64,000 nt of DNA from an uncultured Candidatus Saccharibacteria bacterium (GCA_964426845.1 CAYRSA010000002.1:34495-98494), one strand, 5' to 3'. Positions 17,985 through 29,144 are shown, counted from the first letter of the stretch. A program made the numbers and translations. The notes: generated from the sequence alone by a model not told the origin.

Positions 17985-18635
17985 CTACAACAACGGCGAG
18001 CCCTCCTCCGGAGGCTTCTGGGACTCGGTTTCGAATAGTGGCTCGGCTTCGATTACCACCCGGCCATCGGCCGAGCCTTGCAAAGTGCAGGTATAGAGAG
18101 TCAGTCTAGGTTCTTCTAGTTCGGCTTCGATTTCCGTGGCGTCGGGCTTGACTGAATATCTCTTAGTAACTTGATATTCGTACCATTCTCCTTCATAAAA
18201 TATCCGGATTTTGTCGCCTTCATTTAGGGTGTCCAGCTTATAAAACGGTGACCTGGCTTTAGTCCCGGCCGGCGTAGTACCAAGATAGAAGCGGTGCGCA
18301 CTCAGAATAAAATTACCGCCTTTTTCGGGGTTGCCTCTTTCTGGAAAACGCCACCAAGCCCCCCTCTCGAGGGTGGCTGGCGTATTGTCAGGGTAGTAGG
18401 GAACCTCGATGCCCATCTTTTCAATCTGAATTCGGTTTCTGCTGTCTTTGGCATCGTCGCTAGTATCAAGATCAATTGGCGATGGCAGTGGCAGATTGGC
18501 TGATTGAGTCAGTATCAATATGTATGCCCCGGCCCCCATCAGTAATAGCGATACCAAAACCAAAATAGCATTGCGCAGATGCTTTTTCTTGCGCATCGGC
18601 GCGTCGTACTGATAGTAAACCTCTTTTTTGGCCAT
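17985..18635 (-). CDS. sortase (transpeptidase), class E-like
   Basis: N-terminal TM anchor, a catalytic LTLYTCT motif, and a conserved His region (ILSAHR). Confidence 0.85.
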   Translation of the reverse strand: MAKKEVYYQYDAPMRKKKHLRNAILVLVSLLLMGAGAYILILTQSANLPLPSPIDLDTSDDAKDSRNRIQIEKMGIEVPYYPDNTPATLERGAWWRFPERGNPEKGGNFILSAHRFYLGTTPAGTKARSPFYKLDTLNEGDKIRIFYEGEWYEYQVTKRYSVKPDATEIEAELEEPRLTLYTCTLQGSADGRVVIEAEPLFETESQKPPEEGSPLL

Positions 18636-18663
18636 GAACCCTTATTGTAGCAAAAGCCGCGCG

Positions 18664-19764
18664 CTACAAGCCGGTATTTTTGAGGTCTTCCAGCAGTTGC
18701 TTTTGATGCCGATTGAGCTTGTCCGGTGTCATAACGTGAATAGTCACAATATGCGGACCTCGAGCTTTGGAATTGATGTGCGGCACACCGTGATCGGACA
18801 GCTTGAAGTCGGTGCCGGACTGGGTACCGGCTGGAACCTTCATAGTCACCATGCCGTCAACTGTCTCAACATCAATCTCAGTCCCCAACGTAGCATCTAC
18901 AAAACCGATGTGTTCTTCTGACAGGATAATATCGCCCTCGCGGGTGAATTTTTTATGGGCCTTAACCCGGACATTAACATACAGGTCACCTTTGGCGCCC
19001 CTGGCGATGGCCTCACCGCGTTCTCTCAGGCGAATGGTCGCGCCATCATCAATACCGGCCGGCACTTTTAGCTTAATATTTTGTTTTTGCTTGGTGACAC
19101 CCTTACCCCGGCATACTGAACAGACTTTTTCCGGAACTTTGCCAGTACCTTCACATTCGTTACAGACGCTAGCTTGCTGAATATTGCCAAATACAGTGCG
19201 CATAACGCGGGTAACCTGGCCAGATCCTTGGCAGGTTGGGCAAGTTTTAAGTTCATGACCCGGTTCGACTGTTGAACCTTTGCAGTGTTCACACTCAGTG
19301 TTCAGGTTTAGGTTTAGGTCAATTTCAGTGCCGAAAATGGCGTCTTCGAATGATAGCTCTATATTTGTCTGGATGTCGTGGCCCCGGCGCTCCCTTTGAC
19401 CGCGTTGTTGCTGGCCGCCAAAGAAACTGCCAAAGATATCGCCCAAGCCTAGGTCGCCAAAGTCAAAGTTGATGTTCTGACCTTGACCACCAAAACCACC
19501 GCCAGCAAAAGGATTACCATCGCTGGCGGCACTTGAGCCCACGCCAGCATGACCGAACTGATCGTAGCGCTGGCGCTTGGACGGGTCCTTTAGGACTTCG
19601 TAGGCCTCGTTAATCTCTTTGAACTTGGTCTCGTCACCGCCCTTATCTGGGTGATGTTCGACAGCCGCCCGTCGGTAAGCCTTCTTCAGCTCATCAGCAC
19701 TAGCCGACTTGCCAACTCCCAAAACTTCGTAGTAGTCGCGTTTACTCATCAGCCTCTTCTCCAA
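18664..19764 (-). CDS. dnaJ: molecular chaperone DnaJ
   Basis: J domain with HPD, a G/F region, and four CxxCxGxG zinc-finger repeats. Confidence 0.97.
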   Translation of the reverse strand: MEKRLMSKRDYYEVLGVGKSASADELKKAYRRAAVEHHPDKGGDETKFKEINEAYEVLKDPSKRQRYDQFGHAGVGSSAASDGNPFAGGGFGGQGQNINFDFGDLGLGDIFGSFFGGQQQRGQRERRGHDIQTNIELSFEDAIFGTEIDLNLNLNTECEHCKGSTVEPGHELKTCPTCQGSGQVTRVMRTVFGNIQQASVCNECEGTGKVPEKVCSVCRGKGVTKQKQNIKLKVPAGIDDGATIRLRERGEAIARGAKGDLYVNVRVKAHKKFTREGDIILSEEHIGFVDATLGTEIDVETVDGMVTMKVPAGTQSGTDFKLSDHGVPHINSKARGPHIVTIHVMTPDKLNRHQKQLLEDLKNTGL

Positions 19765-20086
19765 ACGGGATATCTACGTGGGTTCTGTTGTTCGCAATAG
19801 TTTGCTGGCGGAGAGATCTTAAGGTATTTACAGCGTGAGCCACCCAAGAATCAGGCATAGATGCTTCTGTGGCTTCAGCCAATGCTCTTTCTTCTTCAGT
19901 TAAGGGCACCTCAATAATCCCGGTTTCAGGGTCTGGTAGGGCCATCTCTGTAACTAATCTTTTAAGATGGGCGTCAGCCACCTCCTGCCTAACACGTGGC
20001 TGACTTACAATATACGCACCATCGGCTTCCTCTGGGAATAGAGGGACTACATTGCCTGCGTCTTTTGGGCCTTCTGGGCTTGACAT
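19742..20086 (-). CDS. acidic hypothetical protein inserted between dnaK and dnaJ
   Basis: Starts 1 nt after the dnaK stop and overlaps the dnaJ start by 23 nt. Confidence 0.55.
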   Translation of the reverse strand: MSSPEGPKDAGNVVPLFPEEADGAYIVSQPRVRQEVADAHLKRLVTEMALPDPETGIIEVPLTEEERALAEATEASMPDSWVAHAVNTLRSLRQQTIANNRTHVDIPFGEEADE

Positions 20087-20087
20087 G

Positions 20088-22010
20088 TTATTTTTCTTTC
20101 TTGTCGTCTACGACTTCACCTTCTACAGGCTCGTCATCTTTCTTGTCTTTTTTTCCTTCTTTTGGCTTCTCGTCTGACTGGTCGTCAGATTTTTCGTCCT
20201 TGTCGGCCTGTTCGTATAGCTTGGCACCGATCGGCATCATTTTGTCAGTCATCTCTTTGGCCGCGGCCTCCAGTTTATCCTTGTCGGCCTTGTCGTCTTT
20301 CAAGACTTCCTTGGCCGCTTCCACAGCCTCGTCCAAAACTTTGATGTCGTCCTCTGACAACTTTTCCTTGTTGTCGTTCTTCAATTTCTCAGCTTGGTAA
20401 ACAGCACTGTCTAATTGGTTGCGAGCTTCGATAGCTGCCCGTTTTTTCTTATCTTCGTCAGCGTGAGCTTCAGCCTCTTTAGCGGCCTTCTCGACTTCTT
20501 CTTTGTCTAAGTTGCCGCTGTTTTGGATGGTAATGGACTGCTCCTTACCAGAGCCCTTGTCCTTGGCTGAAACATTTAGAATACCGTTGGCGTCGATGTT
20601 GAAAGTAACTTCCACTTGCGGCACACCACGCGGCGCTGGTGGGATTCCGTCTAGGACAAAGCGTCCCAAAGACTTGTTATCGGCCACCATTTCGCGCTCA
20701 CCTTGCACAACGTGAATCTCCACTTGCGGCTGGTTGTCAGCCGCCGTCGAAAATACTTCCGATTTACTGGTCGGGATAGTCGTGTTGCGCTCAATCAACT
20801 TAGTGGCTACACCGCCCAGGGTCTCAATGCCTAGAGACAGAGGAGTTACATCTAGCAACAACACGTCTTTGACATCACCTTGAAGGACTCCGCCCTGAAT
20901 AGCTGCACCCACAGCCACAACTTCGTCAGGATTAACGCCCTTCAGAGGCTCCTTGCCAAAAATGTCTTTTACTTTAGCGATTACAGCCGGCATGCGAGTC
21001 ATTCCACCCACTAAAATTACTTCGTTGATGTCTTTGGCATCTAACTTAGCGTCTTTCAAGGCCTTCTTGCACGGCTCGGCCGTCTTGTCGATCATGTCTT
21101 GAACAAGCTCGACAAGCTTAGCCCTAGTCAACTTGTACTCGAAGTGCTTTGGACCTTCGGCATCGGCGGTCAAGAATGGCAGGTTGATGTCGGCAACTTC
21201 AGTCGTCGACAATTCTTTCTTAGCCTTCTCAGCTTCTTCCTTTAGTCGTTGCATGGCGGCTTTGTCTTTCTTGACGTCAATGCCCGACTCTTTTTTGAAC
21301 TCATCAACAAAGTGGTTGACGATCTTAAGGTCAAAGTCCTCTCCGCCCAGATGAGTATCACCGTTAGTAGCTAGCACCTCGAAGACTCCGTCGCCTAGTT
21401 GCAAGATGGAAACGTCGAAGGTTCCACCACCAAGGTCGAAGACGGCTACTTTCTCTTCTTTTTTCTGGTCAAGGCCATAGGCCAAAGCCGCAGCGGTTGG
21501 CTCATTAATGATTCGCTTAACTTCTAGTCCAGCAATTTTACCAGCATCCTTTGTAGCCTGCCTTTGAGAATCGTCGAAGTAGGCTGGTACGGTAATGACC
21601 GCTTCGGTAACTGGTTCGCCCAGGAACTTCTCGGCGTCAGCCTTCAGCTTACCTAGAATCATGGCGCTAACTTCTTCAGGGCTGTATTCTTTGTCGCCCA
21701 TCTTCACTTTTACGCCGTTGCCAGACTTTACAATGTCGTAAGGCATTAGATCGATGTCTTTTTGAACTTCCTTGTCGCCAAACTTGCGTCCAATAAGTCG
21801 TTTGATACCGAAAATAGTATTCTTCGGGTTAGTCACTCTTTGGCGGTTAGCCACTTGGCCAACCAAACGCTCTTCATTCTTATTGATGGCCACTACTGAT
21901 GGTGTCGTTCGATTGCCCTCGGTATTAGCAATAATCTCCGGCTTACCAGACTGCATCACAGCCATAGCCGAGTTTGTTGTTCCTAAATCAATTCCAATTA
22001 TCTTTCCCAT
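20088..22010 (-). CDS. dnaK: molecular chaperone DnaK (Hsp70)
   Basis: [17 protein letters not shown] and a full-length Hsp70 pattern. Confidence 0.98.
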   Translation of the reverse strand: MGKIIGIDLGTTNSAMAVMQSGKPEIIANTEGNRTTPSVVAINKNEERLVGQVANRQRVTNPKNTIFGIKRLIGRKFGDKEVQKDIDLMPYDIVKSGNGVKVKMGDKEYSPEEVSAMILGKLKADAEKFLGEPVTEAVITVPAYFDDSQRQATKDAGKIAGLEVKRIINEPTAAALAYGLDQKKEEKVAVFDLGGGTFDVSILQLGDGVFEVLATNGDTHLGGEDFDLKIVNHFVDEFKKESGIDVKKDKAAMQRLKEEAEKAKKELSTTEVADINLPFLTADAEGPKHFEYKLTRAKLVELVQDMIDKTAEPCKKALKDAKLDAKDINEVILVGGMTRMPAVIAKVKDIFGKEPLKGVNPDEVVAVGAAIQGGVLQGDVKDVLLLDVTPLSLGIETLGGVATKLIERNTTIPTSKSEVFSTAADNQPQVEIHVVQGEREMVADNKSLGRFVLDGIPPAPRGVPQVEVTFNIDANGILNVSAKDKGSGKEQSITIQNSGNLDKEEVEKAAKEAEAHADEDKKKRAAIEARNQLDSAVYQAEKLKNDNKEKLSEDDIKVLDEAVEAAKEVLKDDKADKDKLEAAAKEMTDKMMPIGAKLYEQADKDEKSDDQSDEKPKEGKKDKKDDEPVEGEVVDDKKEK

Positions 22011-22024
22011 TATTTTTCTCCTTC

Positions 22025-22531
22025 TTAATTAAACGTTACCGCTTCATGTGCTTGACGTCTTTGAATTGCTTCAGCAACCAAAAAAGTCAGCGTTGCACCA
22101 CTAATAAACATATCGCCGGCAACTCGTTGGTTTACGGGCTCAATAGCATCGACATACTCAGGATTACGGTTCTGGAAAGCGCGACCGAAACTATTTCCGT
22201 CTTCACCTATGATTACGCCGTCTCTAAGACCCATGCTTGTGCCTAGCATAACAACCGCTACTCCTCTGTCGATTGGTGTAGAGTTCAGGTTTACACCCTG
22301 ATCATCAAGTACTAGTCCGCCAACCGCCAAACCGCAGGCATTTGATATATAATCCGACTCGTCCCATCCGTGCTGCTCGGCGGCAGCCTTTGTGCCATTA
22401 GCCATATCGTTCAGCCATGTATAGCGTCTGAATATTCTAGTTATTTGGTTTGCTTCAAAACGTTCAGCCACCTGGCTGGCTCGATAGCCATCAAGTCTAA
22501 TCGGTAAGCTCGGGCCAAATGGGATTGTCAT
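22025..22531 (-). CDS. hypothetical protein inserted between grpE and dnaK
   Basis: Its start shares nucleotide 22531 with the grpE stop. No recognisable motif. Confidence 0.55.
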   Translation of the reverse strand: MTIPFGPSLPIRLDGYRASQVAERFEANQITRIFRRYTWLNDMANGTKAAAEQHGWDESDYISNACGLAVGGLVLDDQGVNLNSTPIDRGVAVVMLGTSMGLRDGVIIGEDGNSFGRAFQNRNPEYVDAIEPVNQRVAGDMFISGATLTFLVAEAIQRRQAHEAVTFN

Positions 22532-22995
22532 TACTTCTTCTCCTTCTTAACTTTTACCATAGCGTGTCGGATGACTTGGTCACCAAGGGTATATCCGGGT
22601 GTCAATTCCTCGCACACAACTTCGTGATCACCATCGCCATCTTCCATACCGACTGCTTCGTGCAAAGCCGGATTAAACACTTCGCCGACAGTTTTAACCT
22701 TATGGACACCCATGTCGGCCAAAGTCTGCTCGAATTGCTTAACTACTCCCTGCACGCCTTTGATATACTCATTGCCTTCTAAATCCTTGGGTACATGTTT
22801 TAGGGATCGTTCGAAGTTATCGATAACTGGCAGGAGATCCTCAACAACCCGAGATTTTACAAGATCTTTAAGAGCTGCTATCTGCTCTTCGTGACGACGG
22901 CGGATGTTAACGGCGTCGGCCCGCTCACGTTGCAAAGCCTCAGTCAGCTCGCCAATTTGCTGTTGTAGTTCTTGAGTTGTCGGTTTCTTAGGCAT
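22531..22995 (-). CDS. grpE: nucleotide exchange factor GrpE
   Basis: Coiled-coil N-terminus and a GrpE C-terminal pattern (FNP..HEA...E). Confidence 0.92.
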   Translation of the reverse strand: MPKKPTTQELQQQIGELTEALQRERADAVNIRRRHEEQIAALKDLVKSRVVEDLLPVIDNFERSLKHVPKDLEGNEYIKGVQGVVKQFEQTLADMGVHKVKTVGEVFNPALHEAVGMEDGDGDHEVVCEELTPGYTLGDQVIRHAMVKVKKEKK

Positions 22996-23263
22996 GAGCT
23001 TCTCCTAATCCCTCCAAAGCATCGAATACTCTACCAAAGCTGTCGCTAGCAGCCTGTCTTACTTCGCCTAAAACCTCTTGGTCGACTGCCTCGCTAACTT
23101 TTCGAACTCGAGCATCGCTAGCCCGGACCCGGGTATCTAGCTCGGCAAAGTCTGCCGGACGATTTAACCCGTCTGTCATCAGGTCAGTTCTAGCCAAAAC
23201 CTGTTCCTGAAAAACTCTACGCTCTAAAACATGGGGCCCAAGTTCGGGCTTAGGGTTAAACAT
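22988..23263 (-). CDS. hypothetical protein inserted between hrcA and grpE
   Basis: 8-nt overlaps at both ends, with the hrcA stop and the grpE start. Confidence 0.5.
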   Translation of the reverse strand: MFNPKPELGPHVLERRVFQEQVLARTDLMTDGLNRPADFAELDTRVRASDARVRKVSEAVDQEVLGEVRQAASDSFGRVFDALEGLGEAHA

Positions 23264-23963
23264 ACAAAGCCTCCTCCAACGCTTCGCCGGTTCGCTGCAC
23301 TAAACTGATCACTCCGCGGTAGCTTTGGCGAGTCGGTCCTAGAACGCCGATATAACTTTGATCGGAATAGGGGCTACGAAAGCGGCTGATAATTAAACTA
23401 CAGCCTGCGCCGCCACCAACCGGATTTTCTTGACCGATATAGACATTTAATGGTTCGTTCGGAGCCGCCTCGCGTAACCAGGGCTGCAAATTATCCAATA
23501 ATCTTGCAACTTCCTGAACCTGGCCTCTCTGCATAAATTCTGGTTGACCGAATAAGTTACTAAGGCCACTCATGTACAGCTGATCGCCAATAGTAGCTAA
23601 TCCCAAATTACTGGTTAACTCTACTAAGGTGTCGACGGCGTTGCGGATGGTCTGATCGGGCACACTGGCGTTGTTAACTCGGGCTGTCAGAGCCCGCTCG
23701 GCAGATTTGGTCGGTTTAGCGGCTGCCGATTCTTGAATTTCGTTAACATAATGCCGATAACCCTTGTCGGTCGGTATACGGCCGGCGCTGGTGTGGGGCT
23801 GTTTGATGTAGCCTTGGCGCTCTAATTCAGCCATTTCGGCCCGGATTGTGGCCGAGGACACCTCAAAGGCTTTAGCCAGCAAACTTGAACCGACCGGAGC
23901 AGCAACTTCGGCGTATTCTTCGATAATGGCGGCTAGTAATTTCTCTTGTCTATTCGTTAACAT
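23256..23963 (-). CDS. hrcA: heat-inducible transcription repressor HrcA (short, 235 aa)
   Basis: N-terminal winged helix (LT.RQ..LL..I...Y....PVGS..L......S.ATIR.EM..LE..G). CIRCE elements lie upstream. Confidence 0.88.
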   Translation of the reverse strand: MLTNRQEKLLAAIIEEYAEVAAPVGSSLLAKAFEVSSATIRAEMAELERQGYIKQPHTSAGRIPTDKGYRHYVNEIQESAAAKPTKSAERALTARVNNASVPDQTIRNAVDTLVELTSNLGLATIGDQLYMSGLSNLFGQPEFMQRGQVQEVARLLDNLQPWLREAAPNEPLNVYIGQENPVGGGAGCSLIISRFRSPYSDQSYIGVLGPTRQSYRGVISLVQRTGEALEEALYV

Positions 23964-23964
23964 A

Positions 23965-24027
23965 TTGGCACTCGTTTAACCTTGGTGCCAGTATATAAAA
24001 CTGGCACTCACGTGTCAAGAGTGCTAA
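23965..24027 (-). promoter_or_regulatory. tandem CIRCE operators with the embedded hrcA promoter
   Basis: Minus-strand reading: TTAGCACTC-TTGACACGT-GAGTGCCAG-TTTTATATA-CTGGCACCA-AGGTTAAAC-GAGTGCCAA, then T and the ATG. The -35 TTGACA (24018-24013) lies in the first spacer. The -10 TATACT (23995-23990) lies 17 nt downstream. Confidence 0.8.
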
Positions 24028-24030
24028 ATA

Positions 24031-24498
24031 CTAATCTACTTGGGTTTCAGACTGTCCATGTTGTGACAAAAGGTCAAAAGTCATCATTTCTGGGCTGCCG
24101 GCCAGCTGACTGCTTGCTAATCTAAGTGCACCTAGCAAGGCATGGCGACCAAGATCGCCACTGGCTGTTATGCCCTCAGTCGTTACCTCAACAGTTCGGT
24201 GTATCTCAGTAACTGCGGCCGGTATTTCTCGGTCGGCAACTTGGGTTGCCCTCACTGATACCGGTGGTTTAATTTCGCCGATTTTGTCTAATGTGTCGGG
24301 CTTTTCAAACTCCACCGTAACAGTGGTGGCTTTACGACCATACGGGGTGACTTCAATTTGCATAACCCCTTCTTCATCGAAGTGGACCGAGGTACCGAAA
24401 GGCCCCGACGCACCTGTGTACTCTTTAAGAATACTTATTTCCTCAACCAACCCCGCCCATTCCCATTTACGAACTAAAGATTCAATTTTAGCTATCAT
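24031..24498 (-). CDS. hypothetical protein
   Basis: 155-aa ORF upstream of hrcA. AATACT sits 6 nt before its ATG. Confidence 0.55.
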   Translation of the reverse strand: MIAKIESLVRKWEWAGLVEEISILKEYTGASGPFGTSVHFDEEGVMQIEVTPYGRKATTVTVEFEKPDTLDKIGEIKPPVSVRATQVADREIPAAVTEIHRTVEVTTEGITASGDLGRHALLGALRLASSQLAGSPEMMTFDLLSQHGQSETQVD

Positions 24499-24583
24499 AG
24501 TCTCAGTATTACTCTGCGACTAAATATTTGCAAGGATTAGCATTTTACTTTGTGCAAACCATGCTATTCTTTATAATCAAACT

Positions 24584-25198
24584 ATGGAAGAGGCCAAGAT
24601 AGAGGTAATTAAGCGCTGGCTGGGCACCGGATCAATTAATATGTTCGGTCGTCCCTTTTCTGGCAAAGATACTCAAGCAGGAATTCTATCAAAGCTTTTG
24701 AATGCCCCGATTATTGGCGGTGGTGAGATAATTCGAAATAGCCAGAATGCGGCGGTCAAAGATATCGTCGGCAAAGGTTCTCTAGCACCAACTCAAGCTT
24801 ATCTGGATATGGTCTTGCCGTATTTTGCTCAGCAAGAATTCGCGGGGGGGCCGTTAATTCTTAGCTCTGTCGGCAAATGGTCGGGTGAAGAAAAAAGCAT
24901 TATTGCGGCTCTCAAAGAATCTAATCACCCCTTAATGGCTGTTGTTTACCTCGACTTCTCCGAAGACCAAGTCTTAAAACGCTGGAAAGCCGCCCAAGAT
25001 CTTGGTGACCGTGGTTCGCGCGCCGATGATGACCGTCATGCCCTGGATGTTCGTTTTGAAGAGTTCAGGAACAAAACTCTGCCAGTTGTTGACTTCTACC
25101 GCCAGCAAGGCTTATTGATTGAGATCGACGGCGACCAGCCCCTAGACAAGGTCACTGAAGAAATTTTAGAAGCCCTACTTAGTCGCGCCGCAGCATAA
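24584..25198 (+). CDS. adenylate kinase family nucleoside-monophosphate kinase (degenerate P-loop)
   Basis: GRPFSGKDTQ in place of GxPGxGKGTQ, and an RADD....R...Y pattern typical of short-lid Adk. TATAAT sits 6 nt before the ATG. Confidence 0.65.
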   Translation: MEEAKIEVIKRWLGTGSINMFGRPFSGKDTQAGILSKLLNAPIIGGGEIIRNSQNAAVKDIVGKGSLAPTQAYLDMVLPYFAQQEFAGGPLILSSVGKWSGEEKSIIAALKESNHPLMAVVYLDFSEDQVLKRWKAAQDLGDRGSRADDDRHALDVRFEEFRNKTLPVVDFYRQQGLLIEIDGDQPLDKVTEEILEALLSRAAA

Positions 25199-26957
25199 CC
25201 GTAAAGGCCTCGGGTGGAATCTCGACATTGCCGAACTTCTTCATGCGAGCTTTACCCTTCTTTTGCTTAGCCAGTTGTTTCTTTTTGCGCGATACGTCAC
25301 CACCATATAGTCCGACGGTCACATCCTTGCGAAAAGCACTTAGGTCTTCCCGGGCGATAAACTTACCACCAATGGCCGCTTGCAGAGCCACTTTGAATTG
25401 TTGGCGGGGGATAACGTCTTTAAGCTTGCCTACCACCTCACGTCCCAAGGCCACCGCCTCAGATCGGTGCGTCACTACCGACAAGGCCTCGACAGCTTCG
25501 CCGGCTACATAAAAGTCAATTCGCACCAAGTCCTCAGACCGGTAGTTGTCCAGTTCGTAGTTAAACGAACCATAGCCACTAGTCACGGTTTTTAATTGGT
25601 CGTAGAAGTCGGTCAACAGATTAGCCAAAGGAGCCTCAAACATTACTACTGTTAAATCATCGACGTAGGATAGGTTCTTTTGCTGGCCGCGCTTGGACGA
25701 GATTAGCTGTATAACTGCACCTACGTAATCTTTAGGCACCACAATTTCACCCTTAATCCAGGGCTCGCGGATTTCGGCGATGGTCGAGATATCTGGTAAG
25801 TCAGCCGCCGACTTGATATCCAATTGATCGCCGTTGGTCAGCACCACTTGGTAATCAGTTGACGGGTTGGTGACGATGAGCTCTAGGTTATATTCGCGTT
25901 GCAGTCTTTCTTTGACGATATCCATGTGCAGCAAGCCTAAGAAACCAATTCTCAGACCAAAACCCAGTACCGGCGAGTTCTCTGGGTCGTAACGCAGAGC
26001 TGAATCCGACAGGCTCAACCTCTCTACCGCCTCTTTCAATAAGTTAAACTCTTCGTTGCTATTCGGGAAAAATCCAGCGTAGACAAAGGGCTGGACATCT
26101 TTATAGCCGGGCAGGGACTGGGTAGCCTTACGCGCCTTCAGCGTCACCGTATCGCCAACCTTGGCCTCCCGAGTACTCTTTAGATTGGTCACAACGTAGC
26201 CAATCTCGCCTGTATCGAGGGCCGGAAGCTTGCTCATATCCGGCGTCAGCTGACCAACTTCCAAAGCAATAGCATCGGCGCCGCTGGCCATCATGGTGAT
26301 TTCGTCATTCTTGCGGATAGCTCCGTCTTTGACCCGAGTATAGAGAATCACGCCTCGATAGTCGTCGTAATAACTATCAAAAATCAATGCCCGGGTTTGG
26401 TCAGAGTCACTGCCCTTCGGCGCCGGAATGTCTTGGACAACCCTCTCCAGAACCTCCTCGACGCCTTGCCCGGTTTTGGCCGAGATGTGCAAGATGTCTT
26501 CTTTAGCACAGCCGAGCAGTGACACAACTTCGGCGCTGACTCGCTCGACATCGGCGGCTGGTAGATCAATTTTGTTCAGTACCGGAATCAGCTTCAAGTC
26601 GGCGGCCATAGCTAGGTAAACATTGGCTAAAGTTTGAGCTTGAATGCCTTGGCTGGCATCCACCACTAAGATCGCTCCCTCGCAGGCCTCAAGGCTGCGT
26701 GACACCTCATAAGAAAAGTCGACATGCCCGGGGGTATCTATCAGGTTAAGTTCGTAGTCCTTGTATTTCATGCGCACTGGCTGAAGCTTAATGGTAATGC
26801 CCTTTTCCCGCTCCAAATCCATCCGGTCCAACAGCTGATTCTTCATGGCCCGCTTCTCAACCGTACCAGTCAATTCCAACAGCCGATCGGCCAAGGTCGA
26901 CTTGCCGTGGTCAATATGAGCAATTATGCAAAAGTTGCGGATGTGGTCTTGTTTCAT
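25179..26957 (-). CDS. lepA: translation elongation factor 4 (LepA)
   Basis: IRNF.IIAHIDHGKSTLADR G domain and a LepA-specific C-terminus. Confidence 0.97.
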   Translation of the reverse strand: MKQDHIRNFCIIAHIDHGKSTLADRLLELTGTVEKRAMKNQLLDRMDLEREKGITIKLQPVRMKYKDYELNLIDTPGHVDFSYEVSRSLEACEGAILVVDASQGIQAQTLANVYLAMAADLKLIPVLNKIDLPAADVERVSAEVVSLLGCAKEDILHISAKTGQGVEEVLERVVQDIPAPKGSDSDQTRALIFDSYYDDYRGVILYTRVKDGAIRKNDEITMMASGADAIALEVGQLTPDMSKLPALDTGEIGYVVTNLKSTREAKVGDTVTLKARKATQSLPGYKDVQPFVYAGFFPNSNEEFNLLKEAVERLSLSDSALRYDPENSPVLGFGLRIGFLGLLHMDIVKERLQREYNLELIVTNPSTDYQVVLTNGDQLDIKSAADLPDISTIAEIREPWIKGEIVVPKDYVGAVIQLISSKRGQQKNLSYVDDLTVVMFEAPLANLLTDFYDQLKTVTSGYGSFNYELDNYRSEDLVRIDFYVAGEAVEALSVVTHRSEAVALGREVVGKLKDVIPRQQFKVALQAAIGGKFIAREDLSAFRKDVTVGLYGGDVSRKKKQLAKQKKGKARMKKFGNVEIPPEAFTVMLRRD

Positions 26958-26996
26958 CGAACCCGTATTATAACAGAGATAGAGGCAAGCCAGTTA

Positions 26997-27494
26997 TCAA
27001 AGAGTTCGGGCTGGGTTCCAGGCGATCACTTGTTGAGTGGCGACTATCCCAAAATGAGCGTCTTGCACTGGATCAAGACCCCTTGGATGTATAACATCTG
27101 TATAAGGCGCAGCGGCAATTTCCGCGTCTGGATTAGCTCTCGTTCTAGCTTCTGCCAAATGCGTTTCACCTTGGAGAATTACTGGAACATCGAAGAAAAT
27201 CTCTCTAACTAGCGCCGGCACTTTGGCGACAGCTTCTGCCTCTTGGCCTGGCTCAGGCACCACTAGTATACCGTCAGGCATTTCTTCTGCTTTTTTCTTA
27301 TCGTCTATCTTGGCTCTGGCAGTAGGTAGGTCACTTGGGTCATTAACAGCAAAGGCTAACTCTCCAGTACTGGCCACAACTGCCTCCACATAAGTTTCAA
27401 GTACTTCAGGACTGCCACAAACCAAGCCTATCCGGGTTGGGCGGGTTTTGGCTGGGAAGGTCGTTTTGGTTTCTGGATACAGTTCAACGTACAC
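26997..27494 (-). CDS. hypothetical protein (GTG start)
   Basis: It is the only long ORF between lepA and murJ. Confidence 0.45.
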   Translation of the reverse strand: MYVELYPETKTTFPAKTRPTRIGLVCGSPEVLETYVEAVVASTGELAFAVNDPSDLPTARAKIDDKKKAEEMPDGILVVPEPGQEAEAVAKVPALVREIFFDVPVILQGETHLAEARTRANPDAEIAAAPYTDVIHPRGLDPVQDAHFGIVATQQVIAWNPARTL

Positions 27495-27551
27495 TCATTT
27501 CATAATAGTCCGCTTGAATACCAAGCGCAAGAGCTTTTAAGGTGATTTTTG

Positions 27552-29144
27552 TCACCAATTAATGCGAATCGGTCGCAATATCAGATTCTTGATGCGGGTC
27601 ACTACTGGCTTTGACTCCTCAATGTTAAACAGCCAGGAGATTAACAGATATACGCTGAAGGTCACAAAGCTAATTGCCACTAATTTACTGCCCAAGGTGA
27701 TGAAGCCTTTGTCGCCAACCTGTAAGGGGAATAGCGTTACCATGATATAAGTTGCTACTATGGCGAAGCCGGTGGCTGATAAAATCCGCATCAGGTCGCC
27801 CAAGAACTTCATGGTGAACAAGTGTCGATCGCGAATCATGATGATGATTACTAGTATTATCACTTCAAAGGCCGCCGCCAAGGTTTGCGCCAGAGCCAAG
27901 CCGGCCACGTTATAGGTGCTGTTGCGAGTTAAAGTCCAGGCTAGATAGATGTTGAGGGCAATCGTAACAATTGAAACAGCCAAAGGGGTCCAACTATCTT
28001 TATGGGCATAGAAATAGCGCGAAATTATCTGATAAATAATCCTAAAGAATATGGCTCCGCACAAGAATCCCAAGATCAAGGCAATCTGGGGCGCATCTTT
28101 GGTAAAGATAATACGAGCCAAGTAGCCCCGGGCAAAGTAGGACACCAGAATCACCGGCATCGATATCCAGATCATGGCTCGTAAGACCTGGATAAATTCC
28201 TTGCGGAACAGATCCGGCCGACCCTGGGACAATCTCTCCGACAGCTTAGGAAAAGCTGCCGTCGAAATAGCCGTACCAATTAGTAGAATTGGCGTGGTAT
28301 GAATGACATAAGCATTTTCGTAGTACGAAATCCGCCCCTCGCCCAGTCGAGCCGCGAAGTTAGTCTCGACGATAGAGTTAATAGCGTCAATTCCCTGGTC
28401 CACCGACCTGGCCGGCAGTTGGCGTAAAATCCCTTTGAAGGCCGTGTCGTGCCAAGCAATCATCCTTGAATAACGGAAATGCGTACCCCACATACCAATT
28501 ATGGCCACAATTAATTGCAGGAAAGCACCAACGGCTGCCCCGATTCCTAGACCGACAATACCGATGTTGTTACGAAAAACGAAAATGCTAACGATAATCG
28601 CTAGGTTATAAAACAGCGGGGCGATGGCGTAGAAGAAGAAGCGGCCAACCGTCTGTTGAACAGACATCAAAATACCAGCAATGGTAAAGAATAGGGGGTT
28701 CAAGGCAATCAGCCGCATAATCAGCACGGCGTTATCCAGCTGTTGGGGGGTGAGTCCCGGCGCCACCAGATTAGAGATTAGCGGCTCGGCAAAAACAAAG
28801 ATAGCTATACCAATCAGGAAGGTCAAGAACCACAGCAGATTCAGCAAACTCGAGGTGATCCTCCAGCCGCCCTTACGGTCGCCCTTCTCTAGTTTGTCGG
28901 CCAAGAAGGGGATGAAGGCCACGCCCAGGGCTCCGGCGGCAATGGTCACAAAGAACAGATCAGGAATCTTAAAGGCTGCGAAAAATGCATCGGTACTGCC
29001 TGGACCGGTGGCCGCAAAGTTGGCGTTAACCAGCTTGACCCGTAAAAAGCCCAGAACCTGACCAATCAAAGAGATCCCAATCAGCAGTGTCGCCGCACCA
29101 CTGACTGACATGCTCTGCGTAGCTTTTCTTATCAGTCGATTCAT
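27552..29144 (-). CDS. murJ: lipid II flippase MurJ (MviN)
   Basis: 14-TM MOP-family pattern (FFAAF.IPDLF...). Confidence 0.88.
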   Translation of the reverse strand: MNRLIRKATQSMSVSGAATLLIGISLIGQVLGFLRVKLVNANFAATGPGSTDAFFAAFKIPDLFFVTIAAGALGVAFIPFLADKLEKGDRKGGWRITSSLLNLLWFLTFLIGIAIFVFAEPLISNLVAPGLTPQQLDNAVLIMRLIALNPLFFTIAGILMSVQQTVGRFFFYAIAPLFYNLAIIVSIFVFRNNIGIVGLGIGAAVGAFLQLIVAIIGMWGTHFRYSRMIAWHDTAFKGILRQLPARSVDQGIDAINSIVETNFAARLGEGRISYYENAYVIHTTPILLIGTAISTAAFPKLSERLSQGRPDLFRKEFIQVLRAMIWISMPVILVSYFARGYLARIIFTKDAPQIALILGFLCGAIFFRIIYQIISRYFYAHKDSWTPLAVSIVTIALNIYLAWTLTRNSTYNVAGLALAQTLAAAFEVIILVIIIMIRDRHLFTMKFLGDLMRILSATGFAIVATYIMVTLFPLQVGDKGFITLGSKLVAISFVTFSVYLLISWLFNIEESKPVVTRIKNLILRPIRINW

